Source: Flavobacteriaceae bacterium (lineage in GTDB: Bacteria > Bacteroidota > Bacteroidia > Flavobacteriales > Flavobacteriaceae). From it: a stretch of DNA of 64,000 bases. Made by a program: the position numbers and the translations under genes. The notes beneath the pieces are model-generated. The model was not told the origin of the DNA and did not search any database. It saw only the letters and a program-made list of their open reading frames with translations. This document shows, piece after piece, positions 35,096-45,395 of the stretch (position 1 is its first letter; each line of letters starts with the position of its first letter). The DNA lies in the NCBI GenBank assembly GCA_024643425.1, contig JAHEMY010000001.1, forward strand, positions 9,106 through 73,105, given 5' to 3'.

Positions 35096-37171
35096 TCATT
35101 GCCAAAATTTCATGACACGATCAAAGATTTGGGTTTGAATATAAGGCTGAAAATGTATATCGTATTGAAAGGCTGAAGGAGTATATCTTTTTCCCGAGGC
35201 CACTGCTTTGAGCAAATAATCCATTGCTTCTTTTTCATTTCCTGCAGCAGCATAATATTGGGCCATTCCATAGTCTACCCAACCAAATTGAAAATTTGTA
35301 CGACTTGCATCCAATTTCGATAAATACCTTTGAGCCTTTTCAGAAGCTCCGAGTTTCATCGAAGCGATTGCCAAATAAGGTAAATAATTTATCGCGTCAG
35401 ACTTCTCATACAGCGCTTCATATAACTGCTCGGCTTTTCGATAATTCCCAAGATAATAATAAGCCAAAGGCAATAATTCACGCTCTTCATCTGAAATGGA
35501 ATTCCAATTTTCTTCCAAAGATTTGATTACCTGATTATAATACAGTGATGCAAAGTCACTTTTCCCTTGAATAAAAAATTCTTTCCCTGAAAACAAAGTG
35601 AATGCATGCCATCGTTCGGAGGTATTGTTCAATTTGATACTCGCTAATAAATCATCGACTGCATTCTTATTTCCATTAACAACATATGCCCTTAATAACG
35701 CTTCCTTCACCCATTCGTTACCTTTCAATCGTGAGAAAGGTTCGAGCAACTCGATTGCTTTGTCCATCTCTTTTAATTCGATATAGGCCAAGGCCATTAT
35801 ATAATTTCTAAATTCACAAGAACGGCATTTCTGAAAGTCCATATCTTTCATAGAAAGGGCATTGTAAATTCCCTCCACATCTTCCGGTTTATTGACAAAC
35901 TGCATCGCCAGTACCATAGCGCCGCTATTATTCTCCAGGTTGAAAGGTTCAATGTTGTATTCCTCCTTAAAATAAGTATAGGCATTTCTATTATTCCCTT
36001 TCAGTAAAGCATCATAAAAATTCAACAAATTCATTTGCCTCTTATTATTGCTTGTTTCTTTTGCCAATAAGTGATGGAGGGAATCTGCCACAGCGAATTG
36101 ATCTTGGTTGTAATAGTATTCAATTCGATCTACTTTTGGCTCGAAGTAATTTGGATCAATCGCTATGGCTTCGTTCAATAAGGTTAAATATTCAGGATCA
36201 ATGTTTGAATACTTTGTATGCGCTTCTAATAGCAACTGGTAGGCTTCAAAATTAGGAGGTGTTTCTTCAAATCCTATTTCACTTTCATTCTCCATGACCA
36301 AGTACCCTAAAATACGCTGTTTTAAAGCTTCAATACAATCTAAGGGTGCATTGGGGTCGCAGGTAACTGGTTCGAACGAAATAAGCGTCTTACTCATGGT
36401 ATTGTCCACAATGGAACACTGCACTAACAAGGAGCCTTTACTTAGATAATAAGTACCATTAATAATTTTTGAGGGTTTCAGATAATCTTTGAGAATTCCT
36501 TGATCACCCGCAGTGTTTTTTGAAGCCAACATGACGCTGGAATAATCTTCAATTATTTTAGGGGATATTACCTGCCCCACTTTATTTTGTGTAATCCCAT
36601 GCATAATCCAATCGACCGCCATCTTCCCTACAACATCTAACTTATCGTTAAGGGTATTATTTTCAAATTTTAAAACCGCTATTTTATTTCCCTCTTCAGG
36701 AGTATTTAATAAAGGAATTCCGGCAACTGCGGTTTCACCTGGCTCCACAAAGTTCGCGCGCACAATCAATGAAGCCGACAATAGTGCGATCATAGAGATC
36801 ACTAAAAGGAACGTAAAATACATGCGTTGGAAATTGCTTCTAAAGCGAAATCCAAGAATAGTTTTTGAATTTTTCTTATTCAACTCAATGGCAGATTTTG
36901 CTGAAGCTTTTCGGGGTCGAGCACCTGAAGCCTCCTCCATGCCATGATCTTTCAAAGGTTTTAAACGAAATTTCCAGATTAAATAAACATAGAACGGAAA
37001 CCCAATTAATAGGACAAGAAGAAGGTAAGTCATTGCTAATTTGGGTAAACCGAAAGGTTCTCGAAGCACAGACAACACTTGAAGCAACAACCAACTAGAA
37101 ACAAGGTAAATAGAAAGGTTTTTAAAAACCTCTTTCTCATGACATTCATTAAAAAAATCCTTTATTTTCAT
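35096..37171 (-). CDS. Membrane-anchored TPR-repeat protein with TolB-N/FlgO-like juxtamembrane module
   Basis: Three TM segments in the first ~140 aa, then IAVLKFENNTLNDKLDVVGKMAVDWIMHGI, then ~400 aa of TPR-like helices. It ends 35 bp before the caspase gene start. Confidence 0.65.
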   Translation of the reverse strand: MKIKDFFNECHEKEVFKNLSIYLVSSWLLLQVLSVLREPFGLPKLAMTYLLLVLLIGFPFYVYLIWKFRLKPLKDHGMEEASGARPRKASAKSAIELNKKNSKTILGFRFRSNFQRMYFTFLLVISMIALLSASLIVRANFVEPGETAVAGIPLLNTPEEGNKIAVLKFENNTLNDKLDVVGKMAVDWIMHGITQNKVGQVISPKIIEDYSSVMLASKNTAGDQGILKDYLKPSKIINGTYYLSKGSLLVQCSIVDNTMSKTLISFEPVTCDPNAPLDCIEALKQRILGYLVMENESEIGFEETPPNFEAYQLLLEAHTKYSNIDPEYLTLLNEAIAIDPNYFEPKVDRIEYYYNQDQFAVADSLHHLLAKETSNNKRQMNLLNFYDALLKGNNRNAYTYFKEEYNIEPFNLENNSGAMVLAMQFVNKPEDVEGIYNALSMKDMDFQKCRSCEFRNYIMALAYIELKEMDKAIELLEPFSRLKGNEWVKEALLRAYVVNGNKNAVDDLLASIKLNNTSERWHAFTLFSGKEFFIQGKSDFASLYYNQVIKSLEENWNSISDEERELLPLAYYYLGNYRKAEQLYEALYEKSDAINYLPYLAIASMKLGASEKAQRYLSKLDASRTNFQFGWVDYGMAQYYAAAGNEKEAMDYLLKAVASGKRYTPSAFQYDIHFQPYIQTQIFDRVMKFWQ

Positions 37172-37274
37172 TGTTTTTAGAAAGAAAGAGTCAGCAGTAG
37201 TTTATTGACCATTGTTTTGAAATGTGCTTTTATTTCACTAATATAGTAATAATATAAATCTAAAACAGTACGTT

Positions 37275-37409
37275 ATGGCAACCAAAAAAACCTCAGCTTC
37301 GTCTAAATCTGATGCAAGTTCAAAGAAGGCTTCATCCAAAAGTAGTAATGCCGGTGCTCCTAAAAGAGCATCTTCAAAAAGCGCCATTGATCCTAAAAGA
37401 GGGACGTAA
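37275..37409 (+). CDS. Possible small (44 aa) Lys/Ser-rich basic protein
   Basis: ATG...TAA ORF read by hand: MATKKTSASSKSDASSKKASSKSSNAGAPKRASSKSAIDPKRGT. An AT-rich hairpin (37423-37450) follows. It is below the ORF-track cutoff. Confidence 0.3.
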   Translation: MATKKTSASSKSDASSKKASSKSSNAGAPKRASSKSAIDPKRGT

Positions 37410-37570
37410 ATCAAAGGAGTTTATGGTCATTCCATTATAACCATAAAATCGTTGTTTCAAATCCAAAGAATTTTCCTACAAAAAATGACACATTCCTAGA
37501 TTATGTTTAATTGCCAAACACAATCCGGTATGATTGGTATTTAGTGAACTCAATAATAATGAACATAAAT

Positions 37571-37602
37571 AAAAAAAAGAGGCGATTGTATCGCCTCTTT
37601 TT
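37571..37602. terminator. Bidirectional rho-independent terminator (ends the dcw operon after ftsZ)
   Basis: 8-A run, stem agaggcga/tcgcctct, loop ttgta, T-run. Confidence 0.85.
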
Positions 37603-37643
37603 ACATTAGCGTTCAAGCCAATGCCTATTTTGAATCCATCAAA

Positions 37644-39686
37644 TTAGTCTACATTATCGTGTAAGAAAGAATTGTTTGAGCGCAAATCAATATCGTCATC
37701 ATCTGTATTTACGGAAGTTCTTGATAATTTTGTATCCTCCGAACTCGTATCGTCCAATTCGATTCCCATTCTTTTATAAGCCGGTTGCTTTTCAATGTCT
37801 TCAATCTTGGAAGCACTATTTCTAAACTTATAGTTAAACTCCTTCATTTTCCGCTTTCGTTCTTCCGTGCGATCACTTAATAATTTGGAAATTGGTGAAT
37901 TAATAGGATCTGCAGGCTCGTTAGAATTTCCTTCTTTTTCAGGCGCTTCAACCGTTTTGGTTTTAAACTGAAGTGCTTCTTCTGCCACTTCTTTCGATTC
38001 TTTTGGCTTCGCATTATTAAGTTGCTCTTCCATTTCTTCGTAATCGTCTAAACTATAGCGCTTCACTCCTTTATCGGAGATCTCAGTAATAGGAATAATC
38101 TCCACAGCTTTTACCTCAATATCTTCAATTTTTCGAACCAAAAGCTCAGGTTCGTCTTCCACTTTTTGAACCTCTCTAGATTTTGTCTTTTTGGGTCCAT
38201 CACTCTTTCTTTGAATTGGTAGATCAAACATCAACATTTGTTCATCCATGGGTTCCTCTACAAACTCATCCGATTCTTCCACCATTTTTTGCGGTAAATC
38301 CTCTTTGAGTTCAACAATTTCAAAATCGTTCACATCAATTTCATTGATTTGCAACTGCTGAAATTCGGCCAAGTAGTGAATGTCTACATAACTTGCATCC
38401 ACAGGCAGGTTTTTTAGAAATTCTGAAGTCTCAATATATCCTTCAAAGGGCAATTCTTTTTCTGAGGTTTGCTCTTGATTTGAAGATGTATGTTCTTCCT
38501 CTTCAAAATCTACTTCAAACAAGGTATGACGAATTACAGGTGCTTCTTCAACTTCAACTTCAGCCTCTGGCGCATCTACTGTTTCCTCTTCTATTATTGG
38601 ATCTTTATCTAAAGCAGGGCTTAGGTTGTGTACCGCCTTTTGCTCGTCCTCAAGTGTATGGATGATTTTCTTAGCCTCCGTATTTACGATTTCATTTTGT
38701 TGTTCTGCATTAAACCCCGTGGCGATTACTGTAATGGAAATTGCTCCTTCCAAGGTATCATCTTCTCCAACCCCCATTATGATGTTAGCGCTATGACCGG
38801 CTTCTTCCTGAATATGGTCGCTAATTTCTCCAATTTCATCGATGGTAATTTCCTCCGTCCCAGAGACAATAAGAAGCAATACGTTTTTCGCACCCTTAAT
38901 TTTATTATCATTTAGAAGGGGCGAATCGAGGGCTTTATTAATAGCATCCTTGGCGCGGTTTGAACCAATGGCAGTTGAACTTCCCATAATAGCAGTTCCA
39001 CTATCCGCTAAAACCGTCTTTGCATCTCTAAGGTCAATGTTTTGTGTGTAATGATGTGTAATTACCTCTGCAATACCTCGAGCTGCAGTAGCCAACACTT
39101 CATCTGCTTTTGAGAAACCTGCTTTGAATCCAAGATTCCCATACACCTCACGTAATTTATTGTTATTGATAACAATAAGAGAATCAACATTATTTCTCAA
39201 GTTTTCAACTCCAATATGGGCTTGGTCATTTCGTAGTTTCCCTTCAAACTGAAAAGGAATGGTTACAATACCAACGGTAAGAATATCCAATTCTTTGGCC
39301 ATACGGGCAATAATAGGTGCAGCTCCTGTTCCCGTACCACCTCCCATTCCGGCAGTAATGAAAATCATTTTTGTATTGGTAGAAAGCATTTCTCTAATTT
39401 CTTCCATGCTTTCTACCGCAGACTGCTCACCAATTTTAGGGTTCGCGCCTGCTCCTAATCCTTCGGTTAACGACACCCCCAATTGAATTTTAACGGGGAC
39501 CGGACTGTTTTCCAAAGCTTGAGAATCGGTGTTACAAATAACAAAATCAACGCCTTTAATCCCCTGACTAAACATGTGATTAATGGCATTACTTCCTCCT
39601 CCACCTACGCCTATAACCTTAATAACATTGGATTGGTTCTTTGGCAGGTCGAAGGAAATGTTGTCAAATTCTGTGTTGCTGCTCAT
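37644..39686 (-). CDS. ftsZ: Cell division protein FtsZ with ~330-aa acidic linker
   Basis: GVGGGGSNAINHM, the tubulin signature GMGGGTGTGAAP, and the C-terminal peptide ...NNSFLHDNVD. Confidence 0.95.
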   Translation of the reverse strand: MSSNTEFDNISFDLPKNQSNVIKVIGVGGGGSNAINHMFSQGIKGVDFVICNTDSQALENSPVPVKIQLGVSLTEGLGAGANPKIGEQSAVESMEEIREMLSTNTKMIFITAGMGGGTGTGAAPIIARMAKELDILTVGIVTIPFQFEGKLRNDQAHIGVENLRNNVDSLIVINNNKLREVYGNLGFKAGFSKADEVLATAARGIAEVITHHYTQNIDLRDAKTVLADSGTAIMGSSTAIGSNRAKDAINKALDSPLLNDNKIKGAKNVLLLIVSGTEEITIDEIGEISDHIQEEAGHSANIIMGVGEDDTLEGAISITVIATGFNAEQQNEIVNTEAKKIIHTLEDEQKAVHNLSPALDKDPIIEEETVDAPEAEVEVEEAPVIRHTLFEVDFEEEEHTSSNQEQTSEKELPFEGYIETSEFLKNLPVDASYVDIHYLAEFQQLQINEIDVNDFEIVELKEDLPQKMVEESDEFVEEPMDEQMLMFDLPIQRKSDGPKKTKSREVQKVEDEPELLVRKIEDIEVKAVEIIPITEISDKGVKRYSLDDYEEMEEQLNNAKPKESKEVAEEALQFKTKTVEAPEKEGNSNEPADPINSPISKLLSDRTEERKRKMKEFNYKFRNSASKIEDIEKQPAYKRMGIELDDTSSEDTKLSRTSVNTDDDDIDLRSNNSFLHDNVD

Positions 39687-39719
39687 ATGGTTTTACTTTT
39701 TGTGAGGTTGTTCTTTTTC

Positions 39720-41060
39720 TTATTCTGCATTATCAAGGAATTCTTTAAATTTTTCAGCCCATCTGTCAAAGAATCGTTTTCCACCACTGGTCTGCGGCTC
39801 TTTATAGGTTTTTTCATTTACATCGGCTTCAATTTCTGAACCATCATTTTCTTTAGATCCTTCGGATTCATCGGGTATAATTGGAGCCTGGTTTTTTATT
39901 TTACTGTTTAAACTACTCAACACCAATCCAACTGCCGTGGCATACATAGGGCTGGTTGTTTCGCTATCGCTGTCTCCGGCAAGATGTTCATTTGGATATC
40001 CTATACGTGTATCCATTCCGGTAATGTACTCCACCAATTGTTTCAGGTGTTTCAGTTGAGCTCCCCCTCCAGTGAGTACTATTCCGGCAATCAACTTCTT
40101 TTTTTGTTCTTCATGACCGTAGTTCTTTATTTCGAGGTAGGCCTGTTCAATAATTTCAACAACCCGGGCATGGATAATTTTTGAAAGATTTTTCAGCGTA
40201 ATCTCCTTAGGTTCTCGCCCTCGTAATCCCGGAATCGAAACTATTTCATTGTCTTTATTCTCGCCCGGCCATGCTGAACCAAATTTAATTTTAAGCAGCT
40301 CGGCTTGCTTTTCGATAATCGAACATCCTTCTTTGATGTCTTCAGTAATCACATTCCCTCCAAAAGGGATCACAGCGGTATGCCTGATTATACCATCTTT
40401 AAAAATGGCTAAATCTGTAGTACCACCACCGATATCGATCAATGCTACTCCCGCTTCCTTCTCCTCCTGGCTTAAGACAGCATTTGCCGATGCCAATGGC
40501 TCCAGTGTGATTCCCGACAATTCTAATCCGGCACTTTTAACGCAACGTCCTATGTTTCTTATCGATGAAACCTGTCCTACTACCACATGAAAATTTGCTT
40601 CCAAACGACCTCCATACATTCCTATGGGTTCCTTTATTTCAGCCTGCCCATCGACCTTATAATCCTGGGGTAACACATGGATAATTTCTTCTCCGGGTAG
40701 CATCACCAATTTATGGACCTGGTTACACAGGCGATCGATATCCTCGTCATCAATTACTTCATCACTATTGGCACGCGTTATATAATCACTGTGTTGTAAA
40801 CTACGGATATGCTGTCCGGCGATGCCTACAACAACATCCTGTATTTTCATACCTGAGGAAGTTTCAGCATCTTGAACTGCCTGCTGAATGGATTGAATGG
40901 TTTGGGTGATATTATTTACCACTCCTCTATGAACTCCAAGGCTTTTGGACTTTCCAATGCCCAGGATTTCCATTTTGCCATAATCGTTTTTACGACCAAT
41001 CATTGCCACAATCTTTGTGGTCCCAATATCCAATCCTACGGCAATGTTTTGATTTTCCAT
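39720..41060 (-). CDS. ftsA: Cell division protein FtsA
   Basis: Actin-fold motifs (VGLDIGTTKIVAMIG, ALIDIGGGTTDLAIF, GIVLTGGGAQL). Confidence 0.9.
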   Translation of the reverse strand: MENQNIAVGLDIGTTKIVAMIGRKNDYGKMEILGIGKSKSLGVHRGVVNNITQTIQSIQQAVQDAETSSGMKIQDVVVGIAGQHIRSLQHSDYITRANSDEVIDDEDIDRLCNQVHKLVMLPGEEIIHVLPQDYKVDGQAEIKEPIGMYGGRLEANFHVVVGQVSSIRNIGRCVKSAGLELSGITLEPLASANAVLSQEEKEAGVALIDIGGGTTDLAIFKDGIIRHTAVIPFGGNVITEDIKEGCSIIEKQAELLKIKFGSAWPGENKDNEIVSIPGLRGREPKEITLKNLSKIIHARVVEIIEQAYLEIKNYGHEEQKKKLIAGIVLTGGGAQLKHLKQLVEYITGMDTRIGYPNEHLAGDSDSETTSPMYATAVGLVLSSLNSKIKNQAPIIPDESEGSKENDGSEIEADVNEKTYKEPQTSGGKRFFDRWAEKFKEFLDNAE

Positions 41061-41062
41061 GA

Positions 41063-41779
41063 TTATATTTTTGACGCAACTACCTGGTTTCCAAATCTTA
41101 AATCAACCAGCTGATACTCTGCACTTTTATTATCCTTTTTTATTTTCTGAAAAAACGCCTTAAAATTTTTAAACTTTACCTCCATATTTTCTATGGAACC
41201 GAATAGCACTTTAAAACTTTGTTTTCTCAAATTCAGAATTACCTCTCCGTTTTGCTTTTCATGAATTCCGGTCACCAATTGATTCAAAACTGAATCGTTC
41301 TTTATTTTAATCAGCAATGGTGTTAATTCAGTAAAACCATTTTTCGAGCTTCCTGAAATCAGAGGGACCCTCGCCGAATACACATTGGATAGGGGCATCT
41401 CTTTTCCGTCTTCATCAATATAATAATTGGCCGAACCTGCCACTCGAGCAATGGGATTTCGTTGTTCAATTTGTGCTCCCAATACACCATCAATTGTAAC
41501 AAAAACCTGAGCTTTCCGCACCATAGGGTTTTGTCTTAGCCTCCCTTCCATCTCTTTCAAAACTAAAGTTTCTTTAGGGATGCTCGTAATTGAGTCATTA
41601 CTTTGTATTAACAATTTATTAACCGTTGCCAGCGTAATAAAAGGTTGATGATCGTCTACAAAATTGATCTTCACATCGGTGATATTTCGACGTTCGTTCC
41701 GTTGTTTTGCAAAACTCATTAAAAAAGCCACTAAACCAAGCAAAACAAAGAGTTTTATGATGCCCCAATTAATTCTCAT
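41063..41779 (-). CDS. ftsQ: Cell division protein FtsQ-like
   Basis: A single N-terminal TM, a POTRA-like region, and its position between murC and ftsA. Confidence 0.7.
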   Translation of the reverse strand: MRINWGIIKLFVLLGLVAFLMSFAKQRNERRNITDVKINFVDDHQPFITLATVNKLLIQSNDSITSIPKETLVLKEMEGRLRQNPMVRKAQVFVTIDGVLGAQIEQRNPIARVAGSANYYIDEDGKEMPLSNVYSARVPLISGSSKNGFTELTPLLIKIKNDSVLNQLVTGIHEKQNGEVILNLRKQSFKVLFGSIENMEVKFKNFKAFFQKIKKDNKSAEYQLVDLRFGNQVVASKI

Positions 41780-43124
41780 GGCTTAGATATTTAGTTATTT
41801 TCATTACTTCCGTTCCGATATCTCCGGCACCCACCATAAGTTTAATCTTACATGAGGACCGATCTATTTTTTCGATTAATTCTTCACGACGCACCAATGC
41901 CTTTTTCGGGTTTGAAATTTGTTTCAATAACCATAACGAATTCACACCATCCATAGGCAATTCCCTTGCGGGATAAATATCCATAAGCAGCACTTCATCA
42001 AATTGCGATAAACTTGCAGCAAATGCCTCGGCGAAATCTCTAGTTCGGCTAAATAAATGCGGTTGAAATACAATGAGTTTTTCCTCGTTTGGGTACATTT
42101 CCGTAACCGCTTGATAAAGGGCATTAATCTCTGTTGGATGATGCGCATAATCATCGATTAATACCAAATCTTCCGTTTTTATTCGGTAAGAAAATCGACG
42201 TTGAACACCTTTAAAAGATAACAAAGCTTTGGGCAGGCCGGGTAATGGGGTTCCCGCAATTATGGCCATACCCAAAGCTGTTACCGCATTTTGTAGGTTA
42301 TGATGTCCGGGCAGTAAAAATTTTAAATTATATAGAACTTCGTTAGGTGTTTTTAGGTTAAAAATATAGGCGCCATCTTCAATACGAACGTCTTGAGCTT
42401 CGTAGTCGGCCGTTTCATTTACACCTACCTCTTTTCCGTTTAAGGGCAATCCTTTCTTCACAAGAAGATGTTCCCGATTAGGCACCAAATCTGCAAAGTC
42501 TTTAAAGGATTTTTCCAATTCACTTGCTGCGCCATAGATATCCAAATGATCTGCATCCATAGAGGTTACACAAGCAATTGTTGGATGTAATTGCATAAAA
42601 GAACGGTCAAATTCATCGGCCTCCACCACCGTAATTGCATCGCCATTATAGATAAAATTGGATTGATAATTTTCTGCAATTCCTCCTAAAAATGCCGTGA
42701 CCGGCATTCCCGAAGCGGCCAACAAATGCCCTAAGATGGCTGAAGTGGTAGTTTTTCCATGCGTTCCGGCTACCGCGATACAGGTGGAGTCTTTGGTAAT
42801 CTCCCCCAAAAGTTTGGCTCTTTTTACGACCTCAAAATCATGAGTTCGAAAATAGTCCATGAGCCTACTGTCTTTTGGAATGGCCGGTGTATAAACCACT
42901 AAAGTGTTTTCTTTTGAAAGCTTATAATCGGCCAACACCTCCGGATGATCATCGAAAGTGATAATCATTCCTTCAGCAATGAGTTGCTCTGTGAGCTCCG
43001 AGGGTGTTTTATCGTATCCGTAGATTGTTTTGTTGAATTTATTTGCATAACGAGCCAATGCACTCATACCAATCCCTCCGATTCCGACGAAATACAATTG
43101 CGTTATGTTGGCGAATGGCTTCAT
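41769..43124 (-). CDS. murC: UDP-N-acetylmuramate--L-alanine ligase
   Basis: [36 protein letters not shown]. Confidence 0.9.
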   Translation of the reverse strand: MKPFANITQLYFVGIGGIGMSALARYANKFNKTIYGYDKTPSELTEQLIAEGMIITFDDHPEVLADYKLSKENTLVVYTPAIPKDSRLMDYFRTHDFEVVKRAKLLGEITKDSTCIAVAGTHGKTTTSAILGHLLAASGMPVTAFLGGIAENYQSNFIYNGDAITVVEADEFDRSFMQLHPTIACVTSMDADHLDIYGAASELEKSFKDFADLVPNREHLLVKKGLPLNGKEVGVNETADYEAQDVRIEDGAYIFNLKTPNEVLYNLKFLLPGHHNLQNAVTALGMAIIAGTPLPGLPKALLSFKGVQRRFSYRIKTEDLVLIDDYAHHPTEINALYQAVTEMYPNEEKLIVFQPHLFSRTRDFAEAFAASLSQFDEVLLMDIYPARELPMDGVNSLWLLKQISNPKKALVRREELIEKIDRSSCKIKLMVGAGDIGTEVMKITKYLSHEN

Positions 43125-44218
43125 CGAGGCTCGTTTAACAATTTTTGTATTTCCGAAACAATTGCTTTGGTCGCATTTGGTTTGGCTAGCTTTTTAATGT
43201 TGGAAGACAATTTATTTTGCAGGCTTTCATCGTCCATTAATTCCTTAAATCTCAAAGTAAACTGCGTACTTAACTCTGACTCTTTCAACATAATAGCAGC
43301 ATCCTGACCAACAATGGAAGCAGCATTCTTAGTTTGATGATCTTCTGCTACATTGGGCGAAGGAATAAAAATCACCGGCTTTCCGACCAAGCAAAGTTCT
43401 GATACAGAAAGCGCACCTGCTCTTGATATAATAAAATCGGCAGCTGCATAAGCCAAATCCATCTTATTTAGAAAAGCATGCACTTGCACTTCACCATGGC
43501 TATATCCCTTATAACTTTCAAAATAATATTTACCACACTGCCAGATTACTTGAACTCCCAAATCTTTAAACATTTCCAGGGAATCATAAATAAGCTGGTT
43601 GATTCTTCCGGCCCCTAAACTACCGCCTAAAACCAGCAGTGTCTTTTTTGATTTATCCAATTGGAAAAACTCCAAAGCTTCATTTCTTTTCGAAGCGATT
43701 TCCAAAAGATCTTGTCGTACCGGATTGCCTGTCTCCACAATCTTTTCCGCTGGAAAAAAACGATCCATATTTGGATAAGCCACACATATTTTTCGAACTC
43801 TTTTGCTAAGCCATTTATTTGTTATTCCTGCATGGCTATTTTGTTCTTGAATTAAACAAGGGAGCTTTCGCATCGAAGCTACCCGTAGTAGTGGTGCACT
43901 TGCATATCCTCCCGTACCAATCGCGACATCCGGTTTAAATGCATTGATTATTTTTCGAGATCTTATCAGGCTTGACGCCAACTTTAACGGAAATGCTAAA
44001 TTCTGCAATTTCAAATTTCTCTGAAGTCCAGAAATCCAAAGGCCTTCTATTTTAAATCCGTTTTGAGGCACCTTTTCCATTTCCATTCGATCCTTGGCAC
44101 CTACAAATAAAAATTCGGCAGTTGGGTATTGCAATTGCAACTCTTTTGCAATGGCAATAGCCGGGTAGATATGACCTCCCGTCCCTCCTCCTGATATGAT
44201 AAATTTATAAGGCTTCAC
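43121..44218 (-). CDS. murG: Undecaprenyldiphospho-muramoylpentapeptide beta-N-acetylglucosaminyltransferase
   Basis: [17 protein letters not shown]..., [12 protein letters not shown], ...EDHQTKNA. Confidence 0.9.
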   Translation of the reverse strand: MKPYKFIISGGGTGGHIYPAIAIAKELQLQYPTAEFLFVGAKDRMEMEKVPQNGFKIEGLWISGLQRNLKLQNLAFPLKLASSLIRSRKIINAFKPDVAIGTGGYASAPLLRVASMRKLPCLIQEQNSHAGITNKWLSKRVRKICVAYPNMDRFFPAEKIVETGNPVRQDLLEIASKRNEALEFFQLDKSKKTLLVLGGSLGAGRINQLIYDSLEMFKDLGVQVIWQCGKYYFESYKGYSHGEVQVHAFLNKMDLAYAAADFIISRAGALSVSELCLVGKPVIFIPSPNVAEDHQTKNAASIVGQDAAIMLKESELSTQFTLRFKELMDDESLQNKLSSNIKKLAKPNATKAIVSEIQKLLNEPR

Positions 44219-45395
44219 TTAATATATCTAATGGATTCTCTTCCTTTTCTTCTTTCAATACTACTTCTCGTTTGGCACTTACACTCAAAATCATTCCCAA
44301 GGCTAAACAGGTCATCCAAATGGAAGTACCCCCACTTGAAATTAGTGGCAAGGTCTGCCCGGTTACCGGAAACAATTCAACAGCAACCGCCATATTGATA
44401 AGCGCTTGAAAAATAATGGGTAAGCCAACACCCACAACCATTAACTTTCCGAAAAAGGAAGTGCTTTTATGTACTACGATCACTAAACGAAATAACAGCA
44501 ACAAATAAAGAAACAATAGAAATAAGGCTCCCGCCAAACCAAACTCTTCAACAATTACGGCGTAAATGAAATCGGAAGAAGATTGCGGCAAGAAATTCTT
44601 TTGAACACTCTTCCCGGGTCCTAAACCAAATACACTCCCCGAAGCAATGGCGATTTTGGCTTTTTCAATTTGGTAATCGGCTTCGGTATCCTTTTTGTCC
44701 GTAAAATTTTCAATTCGACTCATCCAGGTATCCACGCGGTTCGGGAATACACCGGGAAATGCTTTTGCACTTAGCACGAAAAGAGTTAGAAGAACAAGTC
44801 CCGCACCCAGAACAATGCCTAAATAACGTAAAGGATATCCTCCGATAAATACCAAGACGACTACCATCGTAAAGATGATGGCCGTAGTTGAGAAATTCGC
44901 CGGTAAGATCAATGCCAAAACTAAAAATACCGGTGTCCACAGAGGTAATAAAGTCTCTTTGAAAGTAACTTCCTTATCTTTTATTCTTGATAAATACCGC
45001 GCAACGTAGGTAAGTAAAACAACAGACGCCAAAGTAGAAGTTTGGAAAGTGACCCCAACAAAAGGAACTCGAATCCAACGACTCGCATTTGCTCCATCGA
45101 TTGTGGTTCCTTGGCTTAAGGTTATTAAAAGCAAGACAACCACTATAGGCAAAGCAATAATCGACAAACCTTTAAAATAATGGTAGGGAATTTTATGGAC
45201 CCCATACAAAATGGCGAATCCCAATAATAAATGCGCAAAATGTTTAATTAAAAATTTAAAGGTATTTCCATCCCCATACATATAAGCCAGGTTACTACTT
45301 GCACTGTAAACCGGCAAAAATGAAAATAAGGCCAAAACGCCTACTACGGCCCAAATCGCTCTATCTCCTTGTATGTAATGAAACAAATTTTTCAT
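44205..45395 (-). CDS. ftsW: FtsW/RodA/SpoVE-family peptidoglycan glycosyltransferase
   Basis: A 10-TM SEDS pattern with ...[18 protein letters not shown]... Position in the dcw cluster. Confidence 0.85.
   Translation of the reverse strand: MKNLFHYIQGDRAIWAVVGVLALFSFLPVYSASSNLAYMYGDGNTFKFLIKHFAHLLLGFAILYGVHKIPYHYFKGLSIIALPIVVVLLLITLSQGTTIDGANASRWIRVPFVGVTFQTSTLASVVLLTYVARYLSRIKDKEVTFKETLLPLWTPVFLVLALILPANFSTTAIIFTMVVVLVFIGGYPLRYLGIVLGAGLVLLTLFVLSAKAFPGVFPNRVDTWMSRIENFTDKKDTEADYQIEKAKIAIASGSVFGLGPGKSVQKNFLPQSSSDFIYAVIVEEFGLAGALFLLFLYLLLLFRLVIVVHKSTSFFGKLMVVGVGLPIIFQALINMAVAVELFPVTGQTLPLISSGGTSIWMTCLALGMILSVSAKREVVLKEEKEENPLDILSEAL

Noticed and set aside
31810-37643. Calling the whole tRNA-flanked accessory block a genomic island or integrative mobile element
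   Set aside because: I find no integrase, recombinase, transposase or excisionase ORF on either strand. The second att-like copy lies only 154 bp from the tRNA, not at the far end of the block. I could not compute composition. It is therefore reported only as a hypothesis.
38393-39839. Five plus-strand ORFs (69-118 aa) antisense to ftsZ/ftsA
   Set aside because: They are shadow ORFs inside strongly supported genes. Their low-complexity translations mirror the acidic FtsZ linker and GTPase core. They have no independent start context or terminators.
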